Shown piece after piece: positions 28,535 through 38,237 of a stretch of DNA of 64,000 bases. The translations under genes and the position numbers were made by a program. The notes under the pieces are model-generated. The model ran no database searches. It was not told the DNA's origin and saw only the letters and a list, made by a program, of their open reading frames with translations. Position 1 is the first letter of the stretch, and each line of letters opens with the position of its first letter. The DNA comes from Nitrososphaeria archaeon (GTDB lineage: Archaea > Thermoproteota > Nitrososphaeria > Nitrososphaerales > JAAOZN01), in NCBI GenBank assembly GCA_029775855.1, contig JARVJZ010000001.1, forward strand, positions 1 through 64,000. Direction: 5' to 3'.

Positions 28535-28624
28535 AAACAACCGCTCATCAAAGACAAATATAGAAAAGTTCTTGTAATAGTTAAACAGCAAACCAGCAGA
28601 GGGTGTTTCTCTCTAAACCAGCTG

Positions 28625-29454
28625 GTGATAGAAATAAAACAAAACAGCTATAAAAAGAAGGATCTTCTCCTGTATTTCTTGATAACCTTCGTCTTCACTT
28701 GGATATTCTGGGTTCCTCAAGCCCTAGCTGCTCAAGGCCTCTTAACCACATCAATCCTTGTCGACTTTTTATTCAGCCCTCTCAACCCAGCACCATTCGG
28801 TCCACTTGTAGCCGCTTTGACTCTCACATATTGGAGCTCGAGAACACGAGGTGTAAAAGAATTGTTGAAGAGAGGAGTGCACTACAAAGTTGGAAAGATT
28901 TGGTACATACCAACCTTCTTCTTATTCCCAGCTATAACAGGCGGCGCTCTTTTTCTCGCAATATTATCCGGCGATACTATACCTGAGTTATCTGTTTTAT
29001 CCAATCCTCTTTTGATTATCGGTGCTTTCATCTACATATTCTTTCTCGGAGGTCCGCTTGAGGAGGAGTTTGGTTGGCGCGGGTATGCTTTGGATAGACT
29101 TCAAGCAAGATTTAACGCCTTGCTCTCAAGCATAATGCTTGGATTCATGTGGGTATCTGGCATCTACCTTTGTTCTTCATACCCAATATGTACCCATATT
29201 ATCTAATTCCGCTCTGGGGTTTTATGCTTAGCATAATTCTTGGCTCTATATTATTCACTTGGCTCTATAACAACACCGGAGGCAGCATCTTGGTCGCTAT
29301 GCTATTCCACACCACATCCAATCTATCACACTTCATATTCCCCACACTTGAGACAGAGTTTGGCGGTCTCTACTCCATAATCCTAACCCTAATTGCTGTG
29401 GTAGTTGTGCTTGCCCTCTATGGTCCAAAAAGAATGAGTCGTAAAAACGGATAG
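28625..29454 (+). pseudogene. CPBP/Abi (CAAX protease-like) intramembrane metalloprotease with a 1-nt frameshift
   Basis: EEEFGWRGY lies in one frame and WHLP / AMLFH..SN in the next. One G is missing from the run at 29151-29153 (ATG TGG GT ATC TGG; expected M-W-G-I-W). Confidence 0.85.
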
Positions 29455-29517
29455 ATGTTTTCTGCTACTGTCCTAAAGCATAGATCTTTGTCTCCATCCC
29501 CTAACTTAATTTTCTGC

Positions 29518-29644
29518 TGGCGCCGGGGATGGGATTTGAACCCATGAGACCCGGTTTGGGTCATCGGCTCTCCAGCCCTTCTGCTCCTTTGATCTCGAGG
29601 CCGACGCATCTTCGTCCATGTAGTTTCCGCTCTGCCACCCCGGC
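29518..29644 (-). tRNA. tRNA-Ser(CGA) with a D-loop intron (about 21/22; 29610-29624) and a canonical 37/38 intron (29570-29593); CCA encoded
   Basis: Acceptor GCCGGGG/CCCCGGC; TCGGC-CT-CGA-G|A-GCCGA; long variable arm GACCC-AAACC-GGGTC; T arm ATGGG-TTCAAAT-CCCAT. Removing 15 and 24 nt gives 88 nt. Confidence 0.88.
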
Positions 29645-29689
29645 TTAAAGGCTTGTTACGCATACGATTGGTATAAAATGTTTGATCGT

Positions 29690-30079
29690 TTATGGCCTAG
29701 GTTGTTCGCATATGTGGCAGCTGCTGGTGTCAAGGTCTGGTTCTAGCTTCTGGTGTAGGTCGCACATGAGTCGTTTTGCTTTAATGGCTACTACCGCTTC
29801 ATGGAATTTATTCATTAATGTGATTTGGTCTACACCCTTCAATAATAGTCTAATTATTTCGTCAGCGAACCTCTGTGCATCTTCTGAACCCTCGAGCGAG
29901 ACTCCTATTCCTCTTACATCTCTAATGTAGTTACTTACCGCTGCTTGCGTTATACCGAGCATCTCAGCAACCTTCTGCTGTGGTAGATGATATATGTTGA
30001 CTAGCTTCTTGGCTATCAGTGAACGCAAAGCTGGTATGATTGCTTTAGCTTCTACTTCAGATGGTAGCAGCATACCCAA
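29690..30079 (-). CDS. Archaeal HTH transcriptional regulator with Cys/His metal-binding tail (COG2522-like)
   Basis: PSEVEAK.IIPALR, QQKVAEMLGITQAAVSNY...RG, CDLH...CHIC. Confidence 0.82.
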   Translation of the reverse strand: MGMLLPSEVEAKAIIPALRSLIAKKLVNIYHLPQQKVAEMLGITQAAVSNYIRDVRGIGVSLEGSEDAQRFADEIIRLLLKGVDQITLMNKFHEAVVAIKAKRLMCDLHQKLEPDLDTSSCHICEQPRP

Positions 30080-30139
30080 CTTTATTAAGTTAAACGATAT
30101 ATTTAGATGTAACGGAAGACTGCTGTCAATATGTTTTAC

Positions 30140-31903
30140 TTACTCAACTATCTTCTTTAGCTGAGACCTATACAACTCAACAATCTCCTGCACCGTTGTA
30201 GCATCTTCAGGCGCTTTATCATCCCTCAACCTACCCGTATACTTGGGGAACCTAAGAGCCAAACCCACGCCTCTTTTGATGATATCCATAGCGCAGGTGT
30301 GCACAGGGCTCAAAGTAACTTCTGATGCCACAACCTCTATGACCACCTTTGGTGTAAACCAGACATCTGCTTGTATCTTAGATTCAACTCTAGCGTGCCT
30401 GTTTGGTATTATGTATGGTTGTAAGATTTCTGGGAATCTTGCTAGATCCTCGTCTGTGAAGCCTGTTCCTATCTTGGTCGCTGTTTTAAAGGTGTCATCG
30501 GCTTTGTCGTATGCTGCTAGGAGAAAGGTTCCGTATTTACCAGCCCTTTTACCTTTACCGTAAAACGCGCCAACTATGACTAGGTCTATGGTGTCTTGTA
30601 GCTCGCTCTTATATTCCCTTTTGAGTTTTATCCAAGCGAACTCTCTAGCACCGGCTCTGTAGCTGCTCTTTAAGTCTTTAGCTACAATGCCTTCGCATCC
30701 ATCTAGTATGGCTTGCTGCATAAACTCCTCTATCTTGTTGGGGTCGGCGGTTGTTATGGCTGGAACCACATTGATTCTCTCAGTCTTTTCAGTTACTTTC
30801 TCAAGTATCTTCCTCCTCTCAAAGTATGGCTTTTGTGTAAGGTCTTCCCCTTCAAGGTATAGAATGTCAAACAAGTTCAGCGATATTGGGTATTGTCTCA
30901 TTGCTTCTTCTATGCCATACTTCCTCCTACGGTGCATAATCTCTTGGAATGGTAGATACTCGCCGGTCTCCTCGTTTATGGCTACAGCTTCACCGTCTAA
31001 AATCACCTCTTTCGCTTTGATGTGTTTTTTGACGAGGTTGATCGCATCGGGATAGTGGGCTGTAATATTTTCGAGCCTTCGTGAAAAGAGGTTTACATCT
31101 TCGCCTAACTTATGTATCTGCAGCCTTTCTCCGTCGAGTTTATACTCAATCGCGCATTCTCCACCCATCTTCTCGACTATGGCCTCTGCTGACTCAAGCC
31201 TTTCAGCCAGCATAGGTCTGACAGGCTTCCCAATCTGAATCTTGAACCTCAGTATCCCTTCTAACCCTTCTTCTGCTACAGTCTTTGCTACGCTGCCTAA
31301 GTCGCTTGATATGTTGTATGCTCTTTCTAAATATATTCGGTTTTCTTTGTCGCCTGTAAATGCTACTGCTAACGCATCCAAAACAGTGTAGTCTGCTATG
31401 CCGAGTCTAAGTTTTCCAGTTACTGTACGCATAAGATATTTCGCTTCAAGGGGTGTTGCGTCGTTAAGTAAGCTTTGAAGGTGGGCTAATCTTATTTCGA
31501 GGCTTCCTGAGCCCGTTGTTTTAGCAATCTTATCTAGGGTGGAGTAGACTCTTTCTACTGTTAGAGGCTCTGAGAAGAGTGTCTGTTGCTTCTTGCTGGT
31601 TAGAAGGTCTTGGGCTACTGTGCCTATATCTCCTTTCTGCTTATAATATTCTTCAACGCGCTCTACTGATAGTCCAGTTATATTCACTATCGCCCTTAAT
31701 GCGAGCTTATCTGCAACCCCTATTTCAACACCCATGTAGTCTGGGTAGAGCTTACCTTGAGTGAGGTAGACCACTTTATCTAATATCTTAGTTGGGGTTG
31801 CTTTAAAGAGTTCAACAAGATAAGATGTTAAGTCAAGCCTCTTGGTTGTTTCCTCCATCTTCTTGTAGGCTTCGGCTATGAGTATATACTCCATCCCAAT
31901 CAT
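30140..31903 (-). CDS. lig: ATP-dependent DNA ligase
   Basis: RPMLAE, EYKLDGERLQ (adenylated Lys), EGIVAK, WIKLKREY, LALRFPK. Confidence 0.97.
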   Translation of the reverse strand: MIGMEYILIAEAYKKMEETTKRLDLTSYLVELFKATPTKILDKVVYLTQGKLYPDYMGVEIGVADKLALRAIVNITGLSVERVEEYYKQKGDIGTVAQDLLTSKKQQTLFSEPLTVERVYSTLDKIAKTTGSGSLEIRLAHLQSLLNDATPLEAKYLMRTVTGKLRLGIADYTVLDALAVAFTGDKENRIYLERAYNISSDLGSVAKTVAEEGLEGILRFKIQIGKPVRPMLAERLESAEAIVEKMGGECAIEYKLDGERLQIHKLGEDVNLFSRRLENITAHYPDAINLVKKHIKAKEVILDGEAVAINEETGEYLPFQEIMHRRRKYGIEEAMRQYPISLNLFDILYLEGEDLTQKPYFERRKILEKVTEKTERINVVPAITTADPNKIEEFMQQAILDGCEGIVAKDLKSSYRAGAREFAWIKLKREYKSELQDTIDLVIVGAFYGKGKRAGKYGTFLLAAYDKADDTFKTATKIGTGFTDEDLARFPEILQPYIIPNRHARVESKIQADVWFTPKVVIEVVASEVTLSPVHTCAMDIIKRGVGLALRFPKYTGRLRDDKAPEDATTVQEIVELYRSQLKKIVE

Positions 31904-31948
31904 TTGAGTTTAGAAGCTTAATAAGAGCTGTCTTCTGCTATCTATTCG

Positions 31949-32656
31949 ATGATTGGGCGAAGACGCTTTCTAAAAAGGTTTCTGATACTAGCCTCTTTTA
32001 TCGCGGCGTCTATCTCAGCTTTCATAACGCTTCCTTCTATGCTTCGAAGAAGCGAGAGGACTATTGAAGAGAAGATTATTGCTTTACCGAAACCCCCACC
32101 AATCTCTATGTCTGTTGAAGATGCCATTCAGAAGAGGCGCTCCATTCGGGAGTATAAGCATCCCATAGATTTAATTAGGTTAAGTCAGCTTCTGCTCAAT
32201 TCATTTAAAAAGGTTGGTGAAGGGTATGGACTTCTCACAGCAGCCTTAAATGAAGTGGATGTGTATCTTTCTGTAGGCGAAGAAAAGGTCGTTGGTGTTC
32301 CCGCTGGCGTATACCTCTACCTTAGGGATGAACATGCTCTAAAGGTGCATAGGGAAGGAAACTACCTTCAGGAGCTCTCATCAGCAGCATTAAACCAGCC
32401 TTGGGTTGAAGAAGCTTGCTTTAACATCGTCTTGTTCGCAAATTTGCGTGAAGATTCTCGTTTGCGCGAGGGTGTTGTGGAGCTGCCACATCTATGCGCT
32501 GGCGTCTTAGGTGAAAAGGTGTATTTAGCGGCTGTAGGCTTGGGGCTTGCCTGTGTAGTTATAGGCGCATTTTATGAAGATAGGGTTAAAGCAATCTTCG
32601 AAGTCGATTCAGCAAAGACCCCTCTCTACATAATATCTGTTGGTGACCTAGTTTGA
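31949..32656 (+). CDS. SagB/nitroreductase-fold protein with twin-arginine signal
   Basis: GRRRFLK followed by a hydrophobic helix; RRSIREY, NQPWV and IGAFYED present; PSAG motif absent. Confidence 0.8.
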   Translation: MIGRRRFLKRFLILASFIAASISAFITLPSMLRRSERTIEEKIIALPKPPPISMSVEDAIQKRRSIREYKHPIDLIRLSQLLLNSFKKVGEGYGLLTAALNEVDVYLSVGEEKVVGVPAGVYLYLRDEHALKVHREGNYLQELSSAALNQPWVEEACFNIVLFANLREDSRLREGVVELPHLCAGVLGEKVYLAAVGLGLACVVIGAFYEDRVKAIFEVDSAKTPLYIISVGDLV

Positions 32657-33270
32657 GCGTTTTTCCTCTCTCTAATCTTGCCTCAGGTAGGTTGAGCCTC
32701 TCTGCAGCATTAGAGAAAGTAGACAATTTCAACGGGTTAAAGCCCCATAAGCTCACTCTAAGCGAATTAGGCAGAATACTTTGGGCTGCGCAAGGTGTAA
32801 CTAAAAGAGATTCTGGCTGGATATATCCGCTGCGAGCAGCACCTTCAGCAGGAGGGCTTTATCCCCTTGAGGTATATGTAATTGTAGCATCTGATGGTGT
32901 AGAGGAGTTAGAGGAAGGGCTATACCACTACGACCCTGTTGGAGAAGTGCTTACTTTAGTGGAAAAGGGTAGTTACCACACTGAGATCACAAGATTGTTA
33001 AAGATTGGGGTTAAGGGCGACGTTTCAATGGTCTACATACTTATCTGCGCCGTGTATCATAGGACTACAGAGAAGTATGGTTATAGGGGTATAATGTATG
33101 TGCATAATGAAGTTGGTCATGTTGTTTTGAACGCTATGGTTGAATGTGCTTCACTCAACTTAGCGTGTGAGATACTCTTAATACGCTCTGACGCTGATGT
33201 GAAGAAGCTGCTAAATATAATGGGAGAACCTCTTCTTCTAATGAAAATAGGCAAAACCACACAAAAATAG
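32653..33270 (+). CDS. SagB/ThcOx-family nitroreductase-fold protein
   Basis: LWAAQG, RAAPSAGGLYPLE, GLYHYDP, KYGYRG and EVGH present; RRSxR and GAF absent. Overlaps the upstream stop (TTGA). Confidence 0.8.
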   Translation: MSVFPLSNLASGRLSLSAALEKVDNFNGLKPHKLTLSELGRILWAAQGVTKRDSGWIYPLRAAPSAGGLYPLEVYVIVASDGVEELEEGLYHYDPVGEVLTLVEKGSYHTEITRLLKIGVKGDVSMVYILICAVYHRTTEKYGYRGIMYVHNEVGHVVLNAMVECASLNLACEILLIRSDADVKKLLNIMGEPLLLMKIGKTTQK

Positions 33271-33297
33271 TAGGGGTTCTGAGCATAAACCCAGAAC

Positions 33298-35448
33298 CTA
33301 GAGTCCAAGTATGCCTATGAAGAGCGGTATGAACAGTATAGAGAGCGTGTTAAGTAGCTTTATCAATACGTGAAGTGATGGTCCTGCTGTGTCTTTCATA
33401 GGGTCACCGACTGTATCTCCAACGACAGCTGCTGCGTGTGTTGGTGAGCCTTTGCCGCCAAGGTTGCCTGCTTCAATGAACTTCTTAGCGTTATCCCATG
33501 CCGCGCCTCCTGTGTTCATAAGTATGGCTAGAGGTATGCCAGACATTGTTGCACCTATGACAAGTGCGCCAACAGCGCTTAGACCCAACAGCACACCCAC
33601 CACTATAGGCACTATAACCACCAGCAGCCCTGGGAGCACCATTTCTTTCAAAGCAGCCCTTGTGCTTATGTCTACAGCTTTATCGTATTCTGGTTTTGCT
33701 CTACCCTCCATCAAGCCTACTATTTCTCTAAACTGTCTTCTCACTTCATTAACCATCTCCTTTGCAGCAGAACCCACTGCTTTGATTGCGAACGCTGAGA
33801 AGATGAATGGTAACATGGCGCCTATAAGTGTTGAAACGAGCACGACGGGGTTGCTGAGCTCGAGTCTAATTTCAGGTAACCCAACGCTTCTAAGGTATTC
33901 GTTTCCAGCTTCGATGTAGGCTTGGAAGAGTAGTTGTGCTGCGAGTAGGGCGCTTCCCATAGCGAAGCCTTTGGTTAAGGCTTTGGTTGTGTTGCCAACC
34001 GCGTCAAGCGCCTCCATGCTCTCATCTATACCCTTCTGCCCAGACATCTCAGCTATTCCGCCTGCGTTGTCTGCGATTGGTCCGAAGCCGTCTAACGCCA
34101 GAACCATACCCATAACTGCAAGCATACCCATAGTAGCTAAAGTTGTCCCATAAACACCACCAATTAGAGATGCGTTAGCGCCAAGCTCAGGGTTGGCTGC
34201 GCCAAAAAGCGTGCCGAAGTAGTATGCAACTAGCAGACAAGCGCCTAGAGAAGCTATAGGTAGTGCCGTTGTTTCAAGCCCTACTGAAAATCCGGTTATT
34301 ATGTTTGTTGCAGTTCCAGTTTGAGAGGCGTCTGCTATGCGTCTTACCGGCCCTCTCTCTCTACCAGTGTAGTAGTCTGTTATGACCTGCACTAATATGC
34401 TTGCAGCTAAGCCCGCTAGCATAGAGAAGTAGAGGTAGATGCCTCCAGGCTCTGAGCCGAAGAGTAGTTGTATAGCAACATAGAAGAGCACTGCAGACAT
34501 TATTGTTGTGACTGTTAATCCTTTGTGTAGGGCTCTCATGGGTTTATGCTCTTCACCTTTACTCAATCTTACGAATGGCATGCCTATTAATGTGGCAAAG
34601 ATTCCTAACGCTCTGGCTATTATCGGGAAGATAAGGAAGGCCCAGTTTTGAGTCCAGTAAGCTATCACGCCTCCTATGATCATACCTCCTATGTTTTCTG
34701 CTGTTGCGGATTCGAATAAGTCAGCGCCACGCCCTGCTGAGTCACCTACATTATCGCCTACATTATCGGCTATCACAGCAGCATTCCTTGGGTCGTCCTC
34801 AGGTATCCCTGCTTCAACTTTTCCTACCAAGTCTGCTCCCACATCAGCAGCCTTTGTGTATATCCCCCCACCTAGCTGTGCAAATAGTGCTACTAAGCTT
34901 GCGCCGAAACCCATACCTATAATCTTAGTTGGGGTTGTCTCGTCAGCGCCGTATAGTATAAAGAGCACTGTAACACCAAGCAGACTTAAACCAGTCACGA
35001 GAAGCCCCATTATAGCGCCGCCGTGAAAAGCGGTCTTTAAGGCGGGCTCTATCCCCCGCTTAGCCATTATGACGGTTCTAACGTTTGAGCGTGTAGCCAT
35101 ATCCATAGCTATGAATCCTGCTAGTAGTGATGCAAACGCTCCTATGAGAAATGCTACCGCTGCTCCAGGGCCGAAATGTACCGCTATCGCCTCTACCTCT
35201 TTAGGTGCGACAAAGCCTGCTGCTAAAAGTATGGCTGCTATGATGATGGCTATTATTGTGATGGTTGTGTATTGTCTTTTCATGAAGGCGTATGCACCTA
35301 TTCTTATGGCTGATGCTATCTCTGCTGCTTTGGGGTCGTCGACCTTTATGGAGAGTATCCTCCAAGCTAGAATGAGTGCTGCTAGTATTGAGGCGATGCC
35401 TCCTATCGGTGCTATCCAGAAGTAGGGTTCAGCTAAGATGTTGACCAA
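33298..35448 (-). CDS. hppA: Membrane-bound pyrophosphatase, K+-independent H+-pumping type
   Basis: GGGIYTKAADVGADLVGKVE, DNVGDNVGD, GNTTKA (Lys at the K+-dependence determinant), GDTVGDPMKD. Confidence 0.95.
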   Translation of the reverse strand: MVNILAEPYFWIAPIGGIASILAALILAWRILSIKVDDPKAAEIASAIRIGAYAFMKRQYTTITIIAIIIAAILLAAGFVAPKEVEAIAVHFGPGAAVAFLIGAFASLLAGFIAMDMATRSNVRTVIMAKRGIEPALKTAFHGGAIMGLLVTGLSLLGVTVLFILYGADETTPTKIIGMGFGASLVALFAQLGGGIYTKAADVGADLVGKVEAGIPEDDPRNAAVIADNVGDNVGDSAGRGADLFESATAENIGGMIIGGVIAYWTQNWAFLIFPIIARALGIFATLIGMPFVRLSKGEEHKPMRALHKGLTVTTIMSAVLFYVAIQLLFGSEPGGIYLYFSMLAGLAASILVQVITDYYTGRERGPVRRIADASQTGTATNIITGFSVGLETTALPIASLGACLLVAYYFGTLFGAANPELGANASLIGGVYGTTLATMGMLAVMGMVLALDGFGPIADNAGGIAEMSGQKGIDESMEALDAVGNTTKALTKGFAMGSALLAAQLLFQAYIEAGNEYLRSVGLPEIRLELSNPVVLVSTLIGAMLPFIFSAFAIKAVGSAAKEMVNEVRRQFREIVGLMEGRAKPEYDKAVDISTRAALKEMVLPGLLVVIVPIVVGVLLGLSAVGALVIGATMSGIPLAILMNTGGAAWDNAKKFIEAGNLGGKGSPTHAAAVVGDTVGDPMKDTAGPSLHVLIKLLNTLSILFIPLFIGILGL

Positions 35449-35567
35449 GGTTTATCTCCAACAAGCGACCCAAAAGATACTATATTAAATCTTTCGTAAA
35501 TAACTTCTAGAGAATCATTAATTTTAGAATGTAAGGCTTATCAGATACTCCAAAGGAGTAGAAGGCG

Positions 35568-36683
35568 ATGCATCTATTCGTCGTATTGACCTCATCCTGT
35601 AATCTAAAATGCCTATACTGCTACGGCAAATGTTGCGACGACATTGGAAGCAGCTTCGATTTTGAAGTTGACTACTCCATCCCAGACGAAATATCCTACG
35701 ATATAGATGTGTTAAAGTCTTTCTGCTCTAAAGCCAAGCTTGGAAACCTAATCTTTTACGGCGGGGAGCCTCTTCTTAAGATGGATAAAATGATGGAGAT
35801 TATGGAGAAGGTTGATGCTGAAAAGTTTATGCTTCAGACAAATGGGCTTTTGCTCTCTAGGTTAGATCCAGCGTATCTTAAGAGGTTGCACACCATCTTG
35901 GTCTCGATAGATGGTGATGAAGCTCTCACAGATTTCTACAGAGGAAACGGGGTTTACAGAAGAGTGATAGAAAACATAAAGAGCATCAGAGAAAAAGGCT
36001 TCAAAGGAGAAATAGTAGCTAGAATGACTATAAGCCAACAGAGCGACCTAGAACGTAATGTGAACCACCTACTATCTCTGAACAACCTATTTGACTCAAT
36101 TCATTGGCAGATAGATGCACAGTTCTGGCAGAACGACTTCAACCAAAAAGCCTTTACTGAATGGGTTGAAGAAAGCTACGGTCCTGGGCTCCTACACCTA
36201 ATATACAAGTGGGCTGAGCAGATTCTAAAAGGTAAAGTTTTGCGCATCTACCCTTTCTTAGGGGTTATGGAGACGCTACTACACGGTGGTGAAGCAGGGT
36301 TAAGATGTGGTTCAGGCTGGTCCCAATATACCGTTCAAACCGACGGCACTATCGTGCCTTGCCCAAGTATGGTCGGTCTTAAAGCGTATTATCTTGGTAA
36401 TATTAAATCGACAGACCCATCTACTCTTCCTAAGAAGGTTGAGTTGAAGGCTCCCTGCAGTAGCTGCGATATTTTATCTATTTGTGGCGGAAGATGCCTC
36501 TACGCCAACATAACCAAGCTGTGGGGTGAAGAAGGGTTTAGGCTCGTCTGCAGCACTGTAAGGCTACTTGTAGAGGGATTAAAATGCGTCAAGCCTATTG
36601 TGGAAAAGGCGCTTAAGAATAAGTTAATCCACCCAGAGGACTTGGCTTACACAAAGTTTAACAGCTGCGAAATCATACCGTAA
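35568..36683 (+). CDS. Radical SAM/SPASM protein (AF0577/TIGR04084-like)
   Basis: CNLKCLYC, FYGGEP, QTNG; SPASM cysteines CGSG, PCP, CSSC..CGGRC; C-terminal FNSCEIIP. Confidence 0.85.
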   Translation: MHLFVVLTSSCNLKCLYCYGKCCDDIGSSFDFEVDYSIPDEISYDIDVLKSFCSKAKLGNLIFYGGEPLLKMDKMMEIMEKVDAEKFMLQTNGLLLSRLDPAYLKRLHTILVSIDGDEALTDFYRGNGVYRRVIENIKSIREKGFKGEIVARMTISQQSDLERNVNHLLSLNNLFDSIHWQIDAQFWQNDFNQKAFTEWVEESYGPGLLHLIYKWAEQILKGKVLRIYPFLGVMETLLHGGEAGLRCGSGWSQYTVQTDGTIVPCPSMVGLKAYYLGNIKSTDPSTLPKKVELKAPCSSCDILSICGGRCLYANITKLWGEEGFRLVCSTVRLLVEGLKCVKPIVEKALKNKLIHPEDLAYTKFNSCEIIP

Positions 36684-36740
36684 AAAGGCAGTTAAATAAC
36701 AAATACTCTAAAATACCTCCACGGATTGACCAGCTACTAA

Positions 36741-37622
36741 ATGTCAACCTTTCTAGGTGTAGCAGCCTCATTAGGTGCAGCCTTATGCTGGACAGCCACC
36801 GCAGCGCTACTGAAACTAGGTACTACTAATGTGCAGCCTCTGCTTGCAAACACAATAAGAGTTATAGCAGCTACTTTAGGCTCTATATTACTTGTACTTA
36901 TGATGGGTGAGTTAGATGCTCTTCTAGCTCCCAATCTAGCCGCATTTTCTATCGCTTTATCAGCTGGGCTTCTAGGTATTGTCATTGGCGATACTCTCTA
37001 CATCTACGCTTTAAAGACAGCTGGAGTAGCGAGAGTTATGCCTGTTGCGAACACATATCCACTATTCTCAACATTAGGTGCTTTCCTCTTTTTAGGAGAG
37101 GGGCTCACGCCATACATCATCTTGGGTGCTGTGTTTATTGTCGCTGGTCTTTGGCTTATCAGCCCGAGAAGAGATTATAGGGATGCTGGAGAAGTGGGCT
37201 TCACGCCTCGGAGCTTCTTTCTTACACTTTCCTGCGCGCCTATATGGGCTGCCGGTATACTTCTACTCGGATACGCCTTAAATTACTATAGTGTTATAGT
37301 GCTGAATGCTGTGAGGCTGCCGCTAATAGCCCTCATCCTCTTAGGTGTTGCATATGCTAGGGGGCTCAACACTATTAGGTTAAGTAGACACACAGTTATG
37401 ATACTTGCTTCAGCTGGTCTTCTGGGTCTTACGGTAGGGAACATCTTGTTCCTCTTAGGCATAGATAGCATAGGTGTGGCGAAGGCCGTCCCTCTATCCT
37501 CAACTTCACCAATCTTCTCAACGATAGTAGGTGCTGTGTTTCTAAGAGAGAAGGTTAGCTTACGGGTCTACTTGAGTGCAGTATTAATTGTTCTTGGCAT
37601 AATTCAAGTAACAATAGGTTAG
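36741..37622 (+). CDS. DMT/EamA family transporter
   Basis: Two EamA repeats ending FLGE / FLREK; about 10 TM helices. Confidence 0.88.
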   Translation: MSTFLGVAASLGAALCWTATAALLKLGTTNVQPLLANTIRVIAATLGSILLVLMMGELDALLAPNLAAFSIALSAGLLGIVIGDTLYIYALKTAGVARVMPVANTYPLFSTLGAFLFLGEGLTPYIILGAVFIVAGLWLISPRRDYRDAGEVGFTPRSFFLTLSCAPIWAAGILLLGYALNYYSVIVLNAVRLPLIALILLGVAYARGLNTIRLSRHTVMILASAGLLGLTVGNILFLLGIDSIGVAKAVPLSSTSPIFSTIVGAVFLREKVSLRVYLSAVLIVLGIIQVTIG

Positions 37623-37668
37623 CATCAAAGATATATCTCCCTACACATAATCTGTTGATGAGTCTACT

Positions 37669-38223
37669 TTGGAGTTTAAAGTTGGAAGAACAGTTGTCAG
37701 AGTAATCCAAGGTGATATAACGGAGCAAGAAACCGAAGCCATAGTTAACGCAGCTAACCCAACTCTTATGGGAGGGGGAGGAGTTGATGGTGCTATACAT
37801 CGAAAAGGCGGACCAAGCATATTAGAAGAATGTAAGAAGATAAGGGCTACTCAATACCCGAAAGGACTGCCTACCGGCAAAGCTGTGATAACCAACGCAG
37901 GCAGACTAAAAGCCAAATATGTTATACACACAGTAGGCCCAATCTGGAGTGGTGGGGATAGAGGTGAAGCAGAACTTTTAGCAGAAGCCTATCGGAGCTG
38001 CTTAGAGTTAGCATCTTCAAAAGGCATTAAGAGCATAGCCTTCCCTTCCATAAGCACCGGCGCCTACGGCTACCCAATATCTAAAGCCAGTAGAGTTGCT
38101 TTAGAGACTGTCAAAGACTTCCTTATTAAAGAGCATACTATTAATGAAGTCGTGTTTGTACTCTTCAGCAGAGAAGACCAAAAGGTGTATGAGAAAGCGG
38201 CTGAAGAGATTCTCAGCAAATAG
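37669..38223 (+). CDS. Macrodomain protein (O-acetyl-ADP-ribose deacetylase / ADP-ribosylhydrolase, YmdB-like)
   Basis: GDIT, AIVNAAN..LMGGGGVDGAIH, VIHTVGP, FPSISTGAYGYP. Confidence 0.93.
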   Translation: MEFKVGRTVVRVIQGDITEQETEAIVNAANPTLMGGGGVDGAIHRKGGPSILEECKKIRATQYPKGLPTGKAVITNAGRLKAKYVIHTVGPIWSGGDRGEAELLAEAYRSCLELASSKGIKSIAFPSISTGAYGYPISKASRVALETVKDFLIKEHTINEVVFVLFSREDQKVYEKAAEEILSK

Positions 38224-38237
38224 TTGATATTGATAAC

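Noticed and set aside
29563-29600. Alternative splicing of tRNA-Ser to a GGA anticodon (the intron 3' end reads C-TGGAGA-GCCGA)
   Set aside because: The shifted junction (about 32/33) cannot form a BHB central helix, whereas the 37/38 junction can, so the match is probably a by-product of intron-anticodon pairing.
29418-29663. 81-aa minus-strand ORF
   Set aside because: It runs through the tRNA-Ser gene.
31949-36683. RiPP (azole/thiopeptide) cluster from the SagB-like pair and the rSAM/SPASM gene
   Set aside because: No YcaO, E1-like protein or precursor peptide; hppA separates the genes; one SagB-like protein carries a Tat signal.
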